The translations under genes and the position numbers were made by a program. Under the pieces are notes generated by a model. It was not told the origin of the DNA and did no database searches. It worked only from the letters and a program-made list of their open reading frames with translations. 64,000 nt of DNA from Chara braunii. Its lineage: Eukaryota; Plantae; Charophyceae. Numbering within the stretch: the first letter of the stretch is position 1; each line of letters opens with the position of its first letter. Of this stretch, positions 26,468 to 39,726 are shown one piece after another. The stretch is from NCBI GenBank assembly GCA_003427395.1, contig BFEA01000011.1, forward strand, positions 4,179,532-4,243,531. The letters run 5' to 3'.

Positions 26468-26659
26468 TTTTAAAGAAAGAAAAAAAACAAAGAAAGGACC
26501 TGCCAGCATTGATTGCCCCGCGACCCAGGGGATTGAGTGAGCAGGCCTGTATAGTGTCCAGTGGTGCATTTCCATCTGTACCCCTTGACCCCCAATAGAA
26601 GTGAGCCAGATAAAAAGTTAAGGACTGGTACTATTTACTGTTAGGTGGCCTGATCGAGC

Positions 26660-27720
26660 TGAAATTTCATTCTAAATTTTAGAGAAAATGCTCACTCCAA
26701 ACCATACCAACTCAAAGCGACCAGGCTTAAGGATGATGCCGGGAAAAGTCCGGGAATTCAGACAGGGGGTGAAGAGGACTCGGAAAGGATGGGTACACAG
26801 ATATCCAATCACAAAATGCCCCGACTTGACTCCCCTTGTCATCCCCCTTAAACCCTTTCCACTTGATTTCCCCAAGTTCCCCCTCCTGGGTCCCCCCTAG
26901 CCAATCGCCGCTGAATTTTTGAATGTCGTTAAGGATTTCTGATTCTCTGAGTAAATGTTTAATTTTCTCTTTCACTCTGTCCCATTCATTGTGCTGAGAT
27001 ATCAGTTTGGATATGGTGCTTGATTGAATCTGTTAGATCTGGGCCTTCAAATCTGGCTCCTTCCATTTCATACGTACATCTTCATCTCCAGAGAGCCCAT
27101 AGGACGGCTCTCCTTCCTATTGTATAAAAAAATTGTGAGAAGGTATCCGTTTGGGGTGGGTTCCATGTTTCACATAAGAGTGCTTTCCAATCCCACAGCC
27201 ATGGAAGGGAGGTGATAGATACTTTGGTTCCAGATTCTATCCCACCATCTCCACAACCATTTTGCTTCAGGACATTGAAGGAAGATGTGCTCTATAGTCT
27301 CCGGAATTTTTCTCGAAGGAAATACAGATAGGCAAAGTCCAATACCTTTCTCGGCCTTTTGGCTAAGATCAAGTGTCGTATAGAACGTATCCNNNNNNNN
27401 NNNNNNNNNNNNNNNNNNNNNNNNNNNNNNNNNNNNNNNNNNNNNNNNNNNNNNNNNNNNNNNNNNNNNNNNNNNNNNNNNNNNNNNNNNNNNNNNNNNN
27501 NNNNNNNNNNNNNNNNNNNNNNNNNNNNNNNNNNNNNNNNNNNNNNNNNNNNNNNNNNNNNNNNNNNNNNNNNNNNNNNNNNAAAAAAAAAAAAAGAAAA
27601 AAAAAAAAAAGAAAAAGAAGAAGAAGATAGGCAAAGTCCACACCATGGTACTGGCAGGCCCCTCTGTTCTAGGTCGTTCCTATCAATGAGCCAATCATTT
27701 AGTGGGAGGCAGCGGTGATC
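26660..27720 (-). mobile_element. L1 ORF2 3' fragment (zf-RVT), split by a U2-headed insertion
   Basis: LNDWLID...WCGLC..PETIEHIFLQC...LWRWW is contiguous across the insertion and similar to 11450-11640 of the first LINE. Confidence 0.75.
27342..27624 (+). pseudogene. U2: U2-headed chimeric retro-insertion
   Basis: U2 nt 1-40, then non-U2 sequence, a gap and an A tail. 16-bp TSD agataggcaaagtcca on both sides. Confidence 0.85.
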
Positions 27721-28852
27721 AATCTGCCACCGGTAGTACAGTGTGGAGAACCGACGGAAACACAAAAATTGAAAATGTGTTGAAATGCCTTCGCAATTTA
27801 TTTCGTGGTTTAAGCATTTTCTCATTAAAAAAATATGTATTTTTCTGTAACGATCACAAGCAAATCTACCGATGCTCTAATTTTCAGAGTCTATGACACT
27901 TTCTTTGGAGCAGGAAAAATCGCAAAAGTTCGAGTTGGCCTACAAACGGCACTGTGGCAAAACTGGAACATGCAACGAATCAGTGCAGCAATTGTTTTGC
28001 GGTCAAATTTATTTTATTTATTTTTCTGATATTTTTCCTGGAAATATCACGACCTAATCTATCAACGCTCAAATTTTCAGAATTTTCTATGAATTCTTCT
28101 GGCCGCAAAAAATCACCAAAGTTGCCGCTTTCAAATTCTGTGAATTCTTCTGGCCGCAAAAAAACGCTCAACTAGGCCCGCCGTTTCGGCCTCTGGTCCC
28201 TGTCCTCCCTCAAAACCCGCCCAAACTCACAGGGAGGGCTATTTCGGGGCTGGCGGAGGAGTGATGGTTTAAAAGGCGTGGGAGGATTGCTATAAAGACC
28301 CCAAAAAATTCCCAAAATTTTGGGGTTCTGTTAACCCCCTTATCTAACCTACATTCCTCACCACCCCCTCCGAATCTTGGCTCCTGTCAAGAGGATGGGA
28401 CCAACGAGTATCCTTCAAGGGCTGCAATGGATCCATGGCCGTGCATTTTGCCACTGAATGATCTCTGGCTTCAAGCATCCGACGGACGAATGATAAAGCT
28501 TCTGCCGTCTATGACACACTAGTCAATCTTATCTGATTTGCACTTCATCCTAGCTGCGACACCGCCCACATTCCCACGCCGTAACCGCTCATCGCCCCCT
28601 CCTCCCTGCACTGTCACTCTCTTCACCCCTTCACCCTCCTTACCCTAATTGCCCCTCCCTTTCCCCTCCCCCCAATCAAGGATGAACAGATGGTACGATG
28701 GATCGAGGACGGCATTGAACACCTCAGTTCTCTGCTTCTTGCGGCCACCAGGAAGGCAATTCTCAGAAAAAAAGGAGGATTGCCTTCCCCCAAAGCTCCT
28801 GAAGAGGCCACCCAAAAGAGTGCTCTCCTCCCTTCGCTATTTCCCCCTCTTT

Positions 28853-28937
<85 letters not shown>

Positions 28938-30152
28938 CGTGTGTGCGTGTGTGTTGGAAATCATTGAATATCCAAAATAATTAATTTTTGGTACTCACAT
29001 AATTTTCATCCTCTCTTCCAACCATGTCTCCTCCTGCAGAGAACTCCACATATGACACATACCTTTGAGATAAATTTCTGCAATGATGAGACTTTGGGCA
29101 CAATCGCGAACACTCGAGGGTCCTATATATCGTTTTTTTCAGTTGTGTGTGGTTTGGGTTAATGTTCCGCATCATAGTGTTCCATTCTCATTCCGCGGGT
29201 CCTTTCCTTTCACAGCTCTTATGAGAATGAAGCCATGGAACCCCTCTAAGCAAATGAACCATCCCAGTTAGCATAATTCGGAACTGGCGGTAGAAAATGC
29301 CGGCTCATTTTCTTAACAGGGGTTCCATGAAGCTTCATGTCATGGAACACCTCTACGCAAATGAACCATCCCAGTTTAGCATAATTTGGAACAAGCGGTA
29401 GGAAATGCCGGATCCGCAAGATCCCATTTCTGTCAGTCTGTTTGCAGAGTTCAATAAAGCTGCGGCAAAGACAGGAACAGTGGAACACCTTTTTTTTTTT
29501 TTTTTTTTTTTGTTAATCCCTCCCCCTTTTATACTTTTTTTTTTGTTGAAGTCCAGGTTGTTGTAGAGGCTAGCCACCAGGCATATGACATGCCCTTCAG
29601 CAGTTGGCCATTTGATCATCCAGATGATTTTCTATACAGGCCCCTATGCATCCACAAAATAAGCCTATGGGACTTCCCTCCCACCCTGACTTGTCATTCA
29701 TTACTTTCCCCGGCGCATCCCTACTCCCAAGAGAACAAGGGTACAGACACGAGTTTGCAAACATGAATGTCAATTGCGATCGGCGTGTACACGAGGTCTT
29801 CACACATACATTTAATACTGATCGACTGGCTGGGGCTCAAGTCATGCCATCACAGCAGACTGAAAGAGTACATAACACCTACTCCTGCGCCCCCGTCAAG
29901 ATCCCATTTCTGTCACTCTATTTGCTGTGTGCAATGAACCTGGGCCAAATACAGGAACTACAGTGCGCAAAGGGGAAATGGTAGAACAGGGGTAGATTCA
30001 CAAATTTGCAAACATGAACATAAATTGCGATCGGCATGTACGCGAGATCTTAACGCACAGGGAGTCGTCATCACTGTCATCCACATAATACTGATGGACT
30101 GCCTTGGAGTCAAGTCATGCCAATACATCACACTGAAACCATACACAATTCC

Positions 30153-30212
<60 letters not shown>

Positions 30213-30439
30213 GCACTCATATGCTTGCAGAAAACAAACCCTCACTAGGGTCTTCTGTTTATAATGTGACAGGAGGTGAAGGAGTCATACCTTGTTTGAA
30301 TAAGACACTGGAGTACTGTCTTCGCCGAAAGACAACGCACCCTCATTATGGATGTACTGTACCGGAAACATAGCTTGCATACATTCATTATGAGGACGTG
30401 TTATGTTCGAGGGAAGACAGTGGCACTGGAAAACTGAAG

Positions 30440-30640
30440 TCCAACTGAAAATCAATGAGCAAGCATGGGGAGAACCCGGAGAAGGTAGAGACTGCTGAGC
30501 AGAAAGGTTGAAGTGAAACCCCATGAGCAAGCATTGGGAGAAGGTAGCGACTGCGGTAGCAACTGCTAAGGGAAAGGTTGGACTGAAAACCCATGAGCAA
30601 GCATGGGGAGAGGGTAGAGAGTGCTGAGGAGAAAGGTTGA
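30440..30640. repeat. ~65-bp tandem repeat, about 3 units
   Basis: atgagcaagcatgggga...ggtagaga..gctgag..gaaaggttg recurs. Confidence 0.65.
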
Positions 30641-33600
30641 GCTCACTACGACACCACTGGCTGCGCTATCATCGATCAACGCCAATCATCAAAAGAAGAA
30701 GACGCCAGCTGTATGCAACTGTTAGGAACAGCTGGCTGAGTGCAAGGACCACTTCCCTTGCTACCACTCTTTCTGAATTTCTCTCTCTTTCCCACCACCT
30801 CTCCCTCTATACTCCCCACCTCTCCTCTTACCTGCCATGCAATGATTCTTTCCCACCACCTCTCCCTCCATACTCCCCACCTCTTACCTTCCATGCCCTC
30901 TGTCAACCTCTGTTTTGGGAATACCTCCCCTTCTGTCCGTGTTCTCATACCCCCTTGCTGTGGAGCCTTCTCTCCCCCTCTTCTTCCCCCCTCCCCTCCC
31001 CCCCCCCCCCCCCCTTTAGATTTTGTTTCAAAACATTGAATCACTCACAGTGACGACTATCCCCCGCTCCGCCCAGTCTGCTCTTCCCCTCACTCACAGT
31101 TGCAGCACAACTCTCTTGACGCTTACGTACAAATGAAAACTGAGGCTGTTCCAGCTGCCTGCCATACTACGCATATGCTGCAATGTCCTGAGCTGCATGT
31201 GGACTTTCTGTACATACTACTCATCACATCTTTTCCCTCCGGCACTCAACATTGTCCACCTGGGCCATCGGCTTGAAATTCACGTGCACGGTCCGCAAGA
31301 AAAGGGTTGGCTATTTACTCCGGCACAAAACATTGTCCACCCATCGGATTTCAATCCGGGATTGATGCCATCGGATTGAAATCACGTGCACGGTCCGCAA
31401 GAAAAGGGTTTAGCCGCTTTAGCGAGGATTTCAAGGTAAGTCGGGGGCGTTGGGATAAAATGGCCTTTTCGTTATGCATGGCGGATGCCCCAAACGGGCC
31501 CTCACGAGGATCTACAACAAAATACGAATGGCCGTCAAAGACACGGAAGTTCATATCACCAGCGAAGACGGCTCAAAAGTCCTACCTAAAGCCACCACAG
31601 AACACATCGCTTCCATATACACACCTCACTGCCCACTTGTAGAATGGCACACACATGGAACCTGACGGGCATGCAACAATATTCTGAAAATGAACAAAAA
31701 ACTTGAAAAAAGGTATAATACCCTGTTTGATGACAACTCTCGCCTGGTTTCCATTCACCATTTCCGCAGCATTTCCGCCGCATTTCCGCCGCATTTCTAA
31801 CTTAGCTCCTCCTTCCTATTCCTACCTTCTTACCCCAATCCTTTCTCCCTCTCGGTCGACTCCCCGTTCCCTCGCCTGACCTTTTTACTTTACTCTTTGT
31901 GATCCTTCATTTGGATCTCCCGAGTAGCTTCCTAATCGGGAGCATCCGGCTCGCTGCCAGTTTGACTCCTGATTTAAAACTAGACAAAGAATGCAAGCAT
32001 TCATTTCATTACAGAGAAAATATAACTGCATCACATTACTCCTGTGTGCACTTTCCATACACCAGATCGTAGTGATGTCAGCGTTGCCTCCAAGAAGCGA
32101 CCGGCTAGAAGAACTGGGAACACGCCACCCACCTTCACATTACTCCTGTGTGCACTATCGGTACAACTGATCGTAGTGATGTCAGCGTTGCGTCCAAGAA
32201 GCGATTGGCTTGAAGAACTGAGGCCAAGCATGCACCCAGAACCCACCACCCACCATTAAAGAACAACAACATGTTTGCACGATTACTTCGAAGGAACGTC
32301 AAAGGACAACCAGGGGAACTAGTGAACATACAAGGAAAAACAAAAAAAAAAAACTGCGTTAAGGAAACTGTCCCCGCCAGCATCGAAGCAGATGCCCGAC
32401 GGTGCGATCCATAATCAGAACTGCAGACCGCTCCTCTTGGTCCATTCTTGTCATTCACAGACTTTTTTTTTGTTTTTGTTTTGTGTGTGTGTGTTTGTCA
32501 TTCACAATCATGAAACTACCGAATCGAAACTTCTGCATTGAAAGTTTGAGCCCACAACCCTTAAACCCTAAACTTGCTGCTAACCACGCGGAAAAAAAAA
32601 AAAAAAAAAAAAAAACAAAAAACAAAAAAAAACACATCAGGTGTGAACGGCTCAACAAGCATAAGAAGCAAAACAGTTAACTCCTGCAAGCTGCAGGCAC
32701 ATGTACATAAACGATCGTATGATACGATAATTTTCACAAAAAATGTTGAAAATCAGATGGTACTGCCCATGGTGCTAACACTGCTAAGTAAATACTAAAT
32801 AGCCATCCCTGTCAAGAAGAATAAAGCCCATCGAAGGCACGCAGTCTAAAGCACTGCATGGTAATTAGTAATTACAAATGACTTGTACATCTTCTTGCGT
32901 ATAACACAAGAACGAAGCCAAAGCCCATTGAAGGCACGCAGTGCGAATTGCACGGAGGGCTTCGTAGACTCCGATTTTTTCGCCATTTCTTTCGCAGCGG
33001 CTGAATCTCCCCGGTATGCCGGGGGGTAGGAGCGCTGTGGACAGCTCCAGCAAGAAAGAAAGTGTAGAAACGCTTTGGAGCCAGGGCCATAAGGACCTGT
33101 TTTATTTTTTTGTTTTTTTATTAAAAAAAAAGAAGAAAAGAAGGCGTAGAGACGCTTTGGACACCTCCAGCAAGAAAGAACGCGCCTACGGTCCTATGGA
33201 CTCAGTACTGTAGGTAACAGGACTGGAAGCCGCCAAAGACTGGTTAAAGTTTGGGACCGACATAGACCGAATTCCGAGGAGAGCCAAGGACTCTGTGGGT
33301 AGTATGGAAAAGGAGGTGTTAGGGAAACAATCATACATGCAAGCGGACGCCATGCAGCAAATACCGCACGTTTGGCGCATGAGCGGACCCGCACAGTACG
33401 GCGCACGGGGAAAATATTCACTTAAAAAAAAAAAAAAAACAGGGGTCGCATGGTTGGGTCAACGGTCACCTGCATTCCCTTTAAAGATTTGTTGCGTGAT
33501 GGGAAAAAAAAAAAAAAAAAGTTAAAAAAAAAAAAAAACTAGTGGGAGGGTAATGCCACTACCTAAAGGTCAAGACTGATGTCCCAGCCACCTTTTTCAG

Positions 33601-34049
33601 GCTATTTCTCATGCCCAATTGGACGGAAAGGAAAATCTGTATGACTGTACTAAAAAAAGACCAGTTCCTTAGGAGTCGCACTCTTCTGTATCTACAAAAA
33701 CAGCAAAAAAACAAACAAAAAAAGGGAAACTGCCAAGGCACGGTGCACGGGCAGCGCACCGGACGGTATGGCGCACGGTGCGGTTGCAAGTATGGAAGCA
33801 ATAGATAAAAGGAACAACCAAAAAAAAAAAAAAAACAAAAAAAAAAAGATGAAAGGTAGAACAGCAGATAAAATGGTCTGAATGGCAATATGCAGGAAGG
33901 ATGGTCGAGGCTCAACAGCAGGTAGACATGGAACGCACAGCTTTATGGATTAGGGACAAAAAAAAAAAAGAAAAAAAAAAAAGAAGAGAATTTAGGACCA
34001 TCTGCAAAATAGAGAGCACTCCCGAAAACGCGGCAGAGATATATGAGGT

Positions 34050-34123
34050 GCATTCTTATCTCAGCGGGACTGAGCAACAACCTTGTAAGTGGAAGGTCAC
34101 AGGTTCAAATCCTATCGGATGCT
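34050..34123 (+). tRNA. Organelle-like tRNA pseudogene (anticodon now TGT; body resembles mitochondrial trnR-UCU)
   Basis: Acceptor stem GCATTCT/GGATGC, T-loop GGTTCAAATCC, mismatches in the stems. Identity is from recall, not a search. Confidence 0.6.
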
Positions 34124-37046
34124 GTCATTCAACAAGAATTTCATACCAGAAGGGGAAAGTAGGATGCTAATGTTTCCGTTGTGGGAGAGTTGGCACGCAT
34201 GTCCAGTCTCCACAAGCATTGAGGTACAACACAGCGGGGAACAGGAGCTAGAAGTAAGTATGCGGTCTGCATCAACGGAAGTGAAATGTGACTCGCAAAA
34301 TTTTCATACAGTTTTCATTCAAGTCAGATGAGGCCGTGCTAGGGAGGGATAAGAGAAGGGGGAAAACAAATAAAAACAAGGAACACAGCTCTCGTCACCT
34401 ACAGCAGCTCTATAGCTTCACAATGATTTTGGTAGCCTGCCATAACTGAGAAAAGCAACTGAGAGGCACGGTGACCGAGAAAGGGAGAGCAGGTAGAAGA
34501 ACACCCCCACCCTCGAAAACCTATTGGGCTGTTTACAGTGTTTACAGCCAAAGTCTTCAGGATCGGTACTACATGCCCGAACTTCTCACGATAGGTACTA
34601 AGCGTCTTCATGGATCACTCCACCGCCCGGGGGAACCTTTTTCCTTCTTCCTTCCCCCCCCCCCCCCCCCCCCTCCCCCCTCCCCCCTCTACCCACCTGG
34701 GGTCTCTTTCTACCGAACTACTACTCTGGCACTGTTTTGCACCAGATTCATGATTTGGAGGCCCATCTTTTTTCACTCCCCCTTCTTGGGCCTCTCCACT
34801 TTCTAGGGATCGCTACACCTCCCTTGGCCCCTTTCTAGCAGACTATGAATCTGGCTCCATCTTTGCACCAGATTCATGATCTAGCAGGCCCGTTGGCCAC
34901 GGGGCCAAGGTGCACAGTGCCCACAGGGGAAAGGTTGGGCATGCAGTACCGAGCCCGAAGGCTTTGGGCACAATTTATTAATTCGCCCAATAGGTTTTGA
35001 GATGGGTGTGTTATACCTGTTATCGCACCGAGAAACCCCAGCCGTAACAAGTACCTCGTAAGATCAGGAGTGGAGCAGTTGTGAGTCCTCCTTTTTGAGG
35101 GAGCGATCAATGCTACTCTGCAATGAACTTGCAGTTTGATCGGGTTGTAAACTCACTCCCTAGTTTGATATGTCCGTTGTAATGGTGTCTGTGCCAGGAA
35201 TCGATCCTGGCCCTGCTTTTTTTTTTTTTTTTCTTAAACAGAACCTCTCGATTCTGGCTCCTGCCATTCTGGGGAGCAACAGTCCGGTTCCTATTCCCCC
35301 GGCAAGTCATAATTGATTACAAAAAGTACTCTCGCACGCTCCTCCCCATTCTGGCTGAGAGGCCTGAGTGGACGGCATTGATTACTTCCCTAGAGAAGGA
35401 TGTACCACCCCTCACCCCTGCCTAAGTTAGCCTATGTCCTCTACCTTCTGATCCTCTGAGACGCCTGGCTCCTAGCCCCTCTCAGCTGAGTGCTGTCGGA
35501 TAAACCTGAATGCTAGAGCTGATGTCCAGGGCTTGCTTTTTTTTCTGTATTTTGGCTTAGCTGGGATTCGATGATCCCTGGCGTTTTCGTTGCCTTCTTA
35601 TTGATTGTTTGGTTCTGCCAGGACTTGATCCCAAGCCCTGTCCCTCAATAAGGGTGAGGACAGTAGTTACTTTTGTTCTCGTCTTTTTAGGTGCTGTCCG
35701 TCCTTTTGGCCAGCTTTCTGTCTAGGCACAGAGGGATTGTAGACTAGTTGTTCGTTAGTCCGTTGTAGGTCACAGCAGTCTAGGCTGTGGGGATTGTCGT
35801 GGAATCTACAAAGGGTCAGAGGGCAGAGTTGTGGGGGCTTTTGTTCTCGTTTTTATGTGCCGTGACTGATGTCCGTCCTTTTGGCCAGCTTTCAGTCTAG
35901 GTACAGTCCTTTTGGGCAGCTTTCAGTCTAGGTACAGAGGGATCGTAGACCAGTTGTTCGTTGGTCCGTCGTAGGTCACAGCAGTCTAGGCTGTGGGGAC
36001 TATCGTGGAATGTACAGAAGGTCATTTTTTTTCTCTTCACGGTGAAGTGGGAAAACGGGGAGGAATCTTCAGCAGCTGCGTTAATCTCCAAGCAGCGCAG
36101 CTCTTCAATGACATGATGGTTGGCTGGGGCCCATAGCTGAGGCCTTCCAGCATCCTAGGTGGCAGCGCAGGGCATCAGGCCCCCATGCGCTGTAAGAGAT
36201 GTTGCCCCTTCGTGTGTGTTGTTGGGGTTTGATATCTGCCATCGAAGCAGCCGTGACTTACCCTCTTCGAAGCGGCAGAGGTCTTCATCATCATTGAAGT
36301 GGCCGTTCTTCTTCTTCCTCTTGGGAGCTGGAGCGCCCTGCTGGCTGAGCGTTACCTGCGGCCGAGGTGTTTGTGAGTGGTTGCTGACTGGGCGCTGGGG
36401 TTTTGGCGGGTGTTCTGGCGATTTGCAGGCGGATGGGTTGGGCGCTGGGGCACCATAGCTAGAGCTTGAATAGGAGGGAGGAAGAAGAAGACTCCCTGAT
36501 ACTTGAATGAAACTTTGTAAATAATCTGTCCGTGGACCTTGTTAACGTGGTTGAGATTCTTGGAACAAGTACTCTGGATTGATTGGAGGAGGACCAGGGA
36601 TTCCAAAATTGAAATTCGTTTTTCAATTCTCTGTGTACTTGAGCTTCAATCCACTGTGCATATCTTCTCTTCGGCTTTGCGTGGATTTGCCTCCTTCCGG
36701 TCTACTCTACAATTGTATGCGTGAATGGGAACGTATGAATTCGTTGTGGATTGAAGCTCAATCGGGTACATAACAACTCTCTCAGGGTCTCTCAGCCAAT
36801 AACGGAGAAATTCCCCCTTTCGAGGCAGCAATCAATGCTGCTCTCTCAGGGTCTCTTGAGGACGCTGAACCCGGTTTCCATCTTCTACTGTAATTGCTGT
36901 CCTTAAAACACCAGTACATCTCAGCTATAAGCCGCGGGCCCCTTTCGGAGGCCGCCCGCCACCGATTCATTTTATCTATCGCACTTGGCCTCCTAAATTT
37001 CCGGAGAGGCTCAAAACAGGTTCTCCAGTTGCCTTAGGCCATGTAC

Positions 37047-39254
37047 TGAAACGATTTTCACCTTTGCAGTAGCAGACGCAGCTCCCACGGCTCGATCCCT
37101 AGACCTTGCCCTCACCGGTGTACAGTACCAAGTCGACCCATGTGTGTTTGAACCCGTGACCTGTGTTGGTAGTCGTCTGTTGTCTGTCGCAGGTTAGTGT
37201 GGTCGTCGGGTCTTGAACCGTAGGTCTGTCAAGTAGGGGGCGTAGCGGTGTAGAAGTCGTAGCTGCTAAAGTCCTGAAAGGTCAAGTTCGTAGCTGCTAC
37301 AGTCCTGAAAGGTCAAGTCTACAGACTTCCGGAAGGCCCGGAAGTGACCTTTCAAGGATTCCTTAGGTTAGGGTAGAGGAAAGTGGGCAAGTGGGCAGTC
37401 CAACCTCGCCTAGTCAGCGGTACCCAGTCCCAGTTGCACTTTGTCCAGTCAGCAAGTACCATGTGGGACTGTGTGCACCCTGGGCCCGGTGGAAAGGGGC
37501 AGACCAGCAACCAAACGAAGTATAAAATCAAGAGGCAGCGGCCAGTCATGGATTCATTCTGCCTGTGACCCGTGCGGAAGTGCTGCCTGAGCGTCTTGTG
37601 CAAGGAGGTCTCAGGTGCCCGAAGGAGAAGTGGGCTGTGAAGGAGACGACGTGGCCATAGCCGCTAGTTAGTAGGGAAGGCAGAAGGCAGCCATAGCTGC
37701 TGTAGGTAAGAGATAGCCTATAGTGTTATGATTCTGGTTCTGTTGTCTGACGACCAACACTCACTCACATAGACTCCCAGGTATGCCCATACACAGAAGG
37801 AAGGGGAGAGGATAGGAGTATCACACCGCACAGGGAGAGATAAACACAGCGAAAGACTTGACCATGCGATATGACAGGGTACACTGCAAGTGCAATTCAC
37901 TCCACTCAATCCTCACAACCAGTCATAAAGGAAAGCCGAGTAGATCACATCCAAGAAACAATGAAGCAATGATATTCCAAACCCAGTATCAACACTGTTT
38001 ATGAAACTCAGAGTCTCGGATTGTCAGGATAACCTCAGAACTATGATGCGCTGCTCAGAGATGAGCAGCACTTCACTCCCCAACCCTGATGAACCGCTAT
38101 CACTACCCCTGAGTCCCTGAAACATCAAGCGCCACCCAGATACAGCCTCCAAAGGGAAGCGCCACCCTGAAACAGGCCTCTGAGGCCAAGCGCCACTCGG
38201 AGGATGAAGCAGAAGACCAGTGCCACAGTATCTGATGATGACGAAGTGTCGAAAGACTTCCCGGGTGGAAGTCTGCAGCAGCGCCACCACTCCTGACAAG
38301 ATGATCTCTGAGAAAGCTGCTGCAGCTATGGCTGCAGCGCCACAACCCTGGAACCCCACTCCGGAGGAGGGTCCAGCAGGGCACCAACTTCTCTCGCCTC
38401 CAGCAGACTTCAATAACCGAGACCTCTGTACAGCCCCGCGTGCTGACAGAGTACAGCGCAGGTCCCAGCTATGGCTGGCGCTCCGAAGGTCTGGCTATGT
38501 CTGTCTCCTTCCACGTTGAGCCGTCACCACTTCCGGTTCACGCGTTGCGCAGCAGCGATGTGCTCGGTACCAACTGCCAAAAAGCCCTGAACCGTTGTGC
38601 CCATCCTATCTATAGTCTAAACTAGCCTAGACTCGACCTAGACCGGACTGACTGACCGACCGGTACCTTTTCTGTTTCGGCCTTTAGGGCCTCTCCCTAC
38701 CCGGCTATAGGCTATAGGACCGTCTATCAGCTTAGGCCCTTAGGGCCTGTCTGTCCTAGGGGTAGCCCAGGCCTGCTATTCGCAGTTAGGGTAGCTGTAG
38801 GAACTCCAGTTAGTACGGGCCTATATTTTCACAAATTTGCAGATATGTCCCTACCGGATTTCCGTACAGGCAGGTCTCTCGGTTAGCCCTCGGCCAAACA
38901 AAATTACGAATCTGTCCTAACCATAGTACAGCCTCGACAGAGAGAGCCTACAGACGACCAGATTACAGCAAGTCGTTGCAATAGCGTGTATGTGTGTGAG
39001 TGTTCTGTGAGGTGTGTGTGTTGGGGGGACATCCAGGGAGATCCAGAGTGGCGTGTGTGCGAACAGTTGCTGGGGATACAGTGGCGGAGGGGTGTTGTGA
39101 GGGCGCACAGGCGCCATAGCCATTCGAAGCAAGTTTGAATCTAAACTGTGTTCTCGGCCTTGATATCTCTGAGCTTTGTGTGGGCGCCTGGCGCCAATGT
39201 GACTGCCATCTGTTTTCATGCATGTCAAGTGAAGGAGAAGATGAGTCCGATTGC
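37047..39254. mobile_element. Family A LTR (inverted) with a nested solo LTR at 37724-38922
   Basis: Starts tgaaacgattttcacc, the inverse of the family A end. The nested unit tgttatga...tcctaacc is flanked by TSD atag. Confidence 0.65.
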
Positions 39255-39408
39255 TTTTTTCTCCTGTGGCAGATTTGTGCTTTGCGCCAGATTCCAAACA
39301 AACTGGCATGGCACATGTTTTTTTTTTTTTTTTTTTTTTTCCCAATTTTGGCTGCTGCCGCCAGCCAAAGAGGTCCAGGAGGCCAAGGCCCTCAAAGGCA
39401 GTGGTGAT

Positions 39409-39726
39409 CTAAGCCACCAATACGTTTCCCAGCCATTGTTTTGAAGTCGCGTCTTGCATGCTGCCACAACTTTTGGGGCTCCGCTGCCGGAGAAAAAGGC
39501 TGGTGGCACCAGCCAAAAGGAGGCCTGTGCCATTTCCTTTTCTTTTGGTGCGCAGCGTGTTTCCGGGCTCGGGAAAAAAAGTGTCTCGGAAGTACTGGTA
39601 GTTTAAACCACCAGTACCTACCGCATTCTTAGGCCCCCTCTGCCTCGAATGAATATAGCCCCTCCCGGCAGGCCGATTCAGCCACCGCATTAACGGCCTA
39701 AGAACGTGGAAGTACAGGTGGTTTAA
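39409..39726. mobile_element. Tandem TTAA-flanked MITEs
   Basis: Two abutting copies share the ttaa at 39603-39606; another right TIR lies just before 39409. Confidence 0.65.

Noticed and set aside
32555-32575. Telomere-like aaaccctaaac
   Set aside because: Fewer than two units; chance level.
34399-34445. Phase-compatible candidate terminal NUP188 exon (LMAGYQNHCEAIELL*)
   Set aside because: No recognisable similarity to Nup188 C-termini; needs RNA-seq support.
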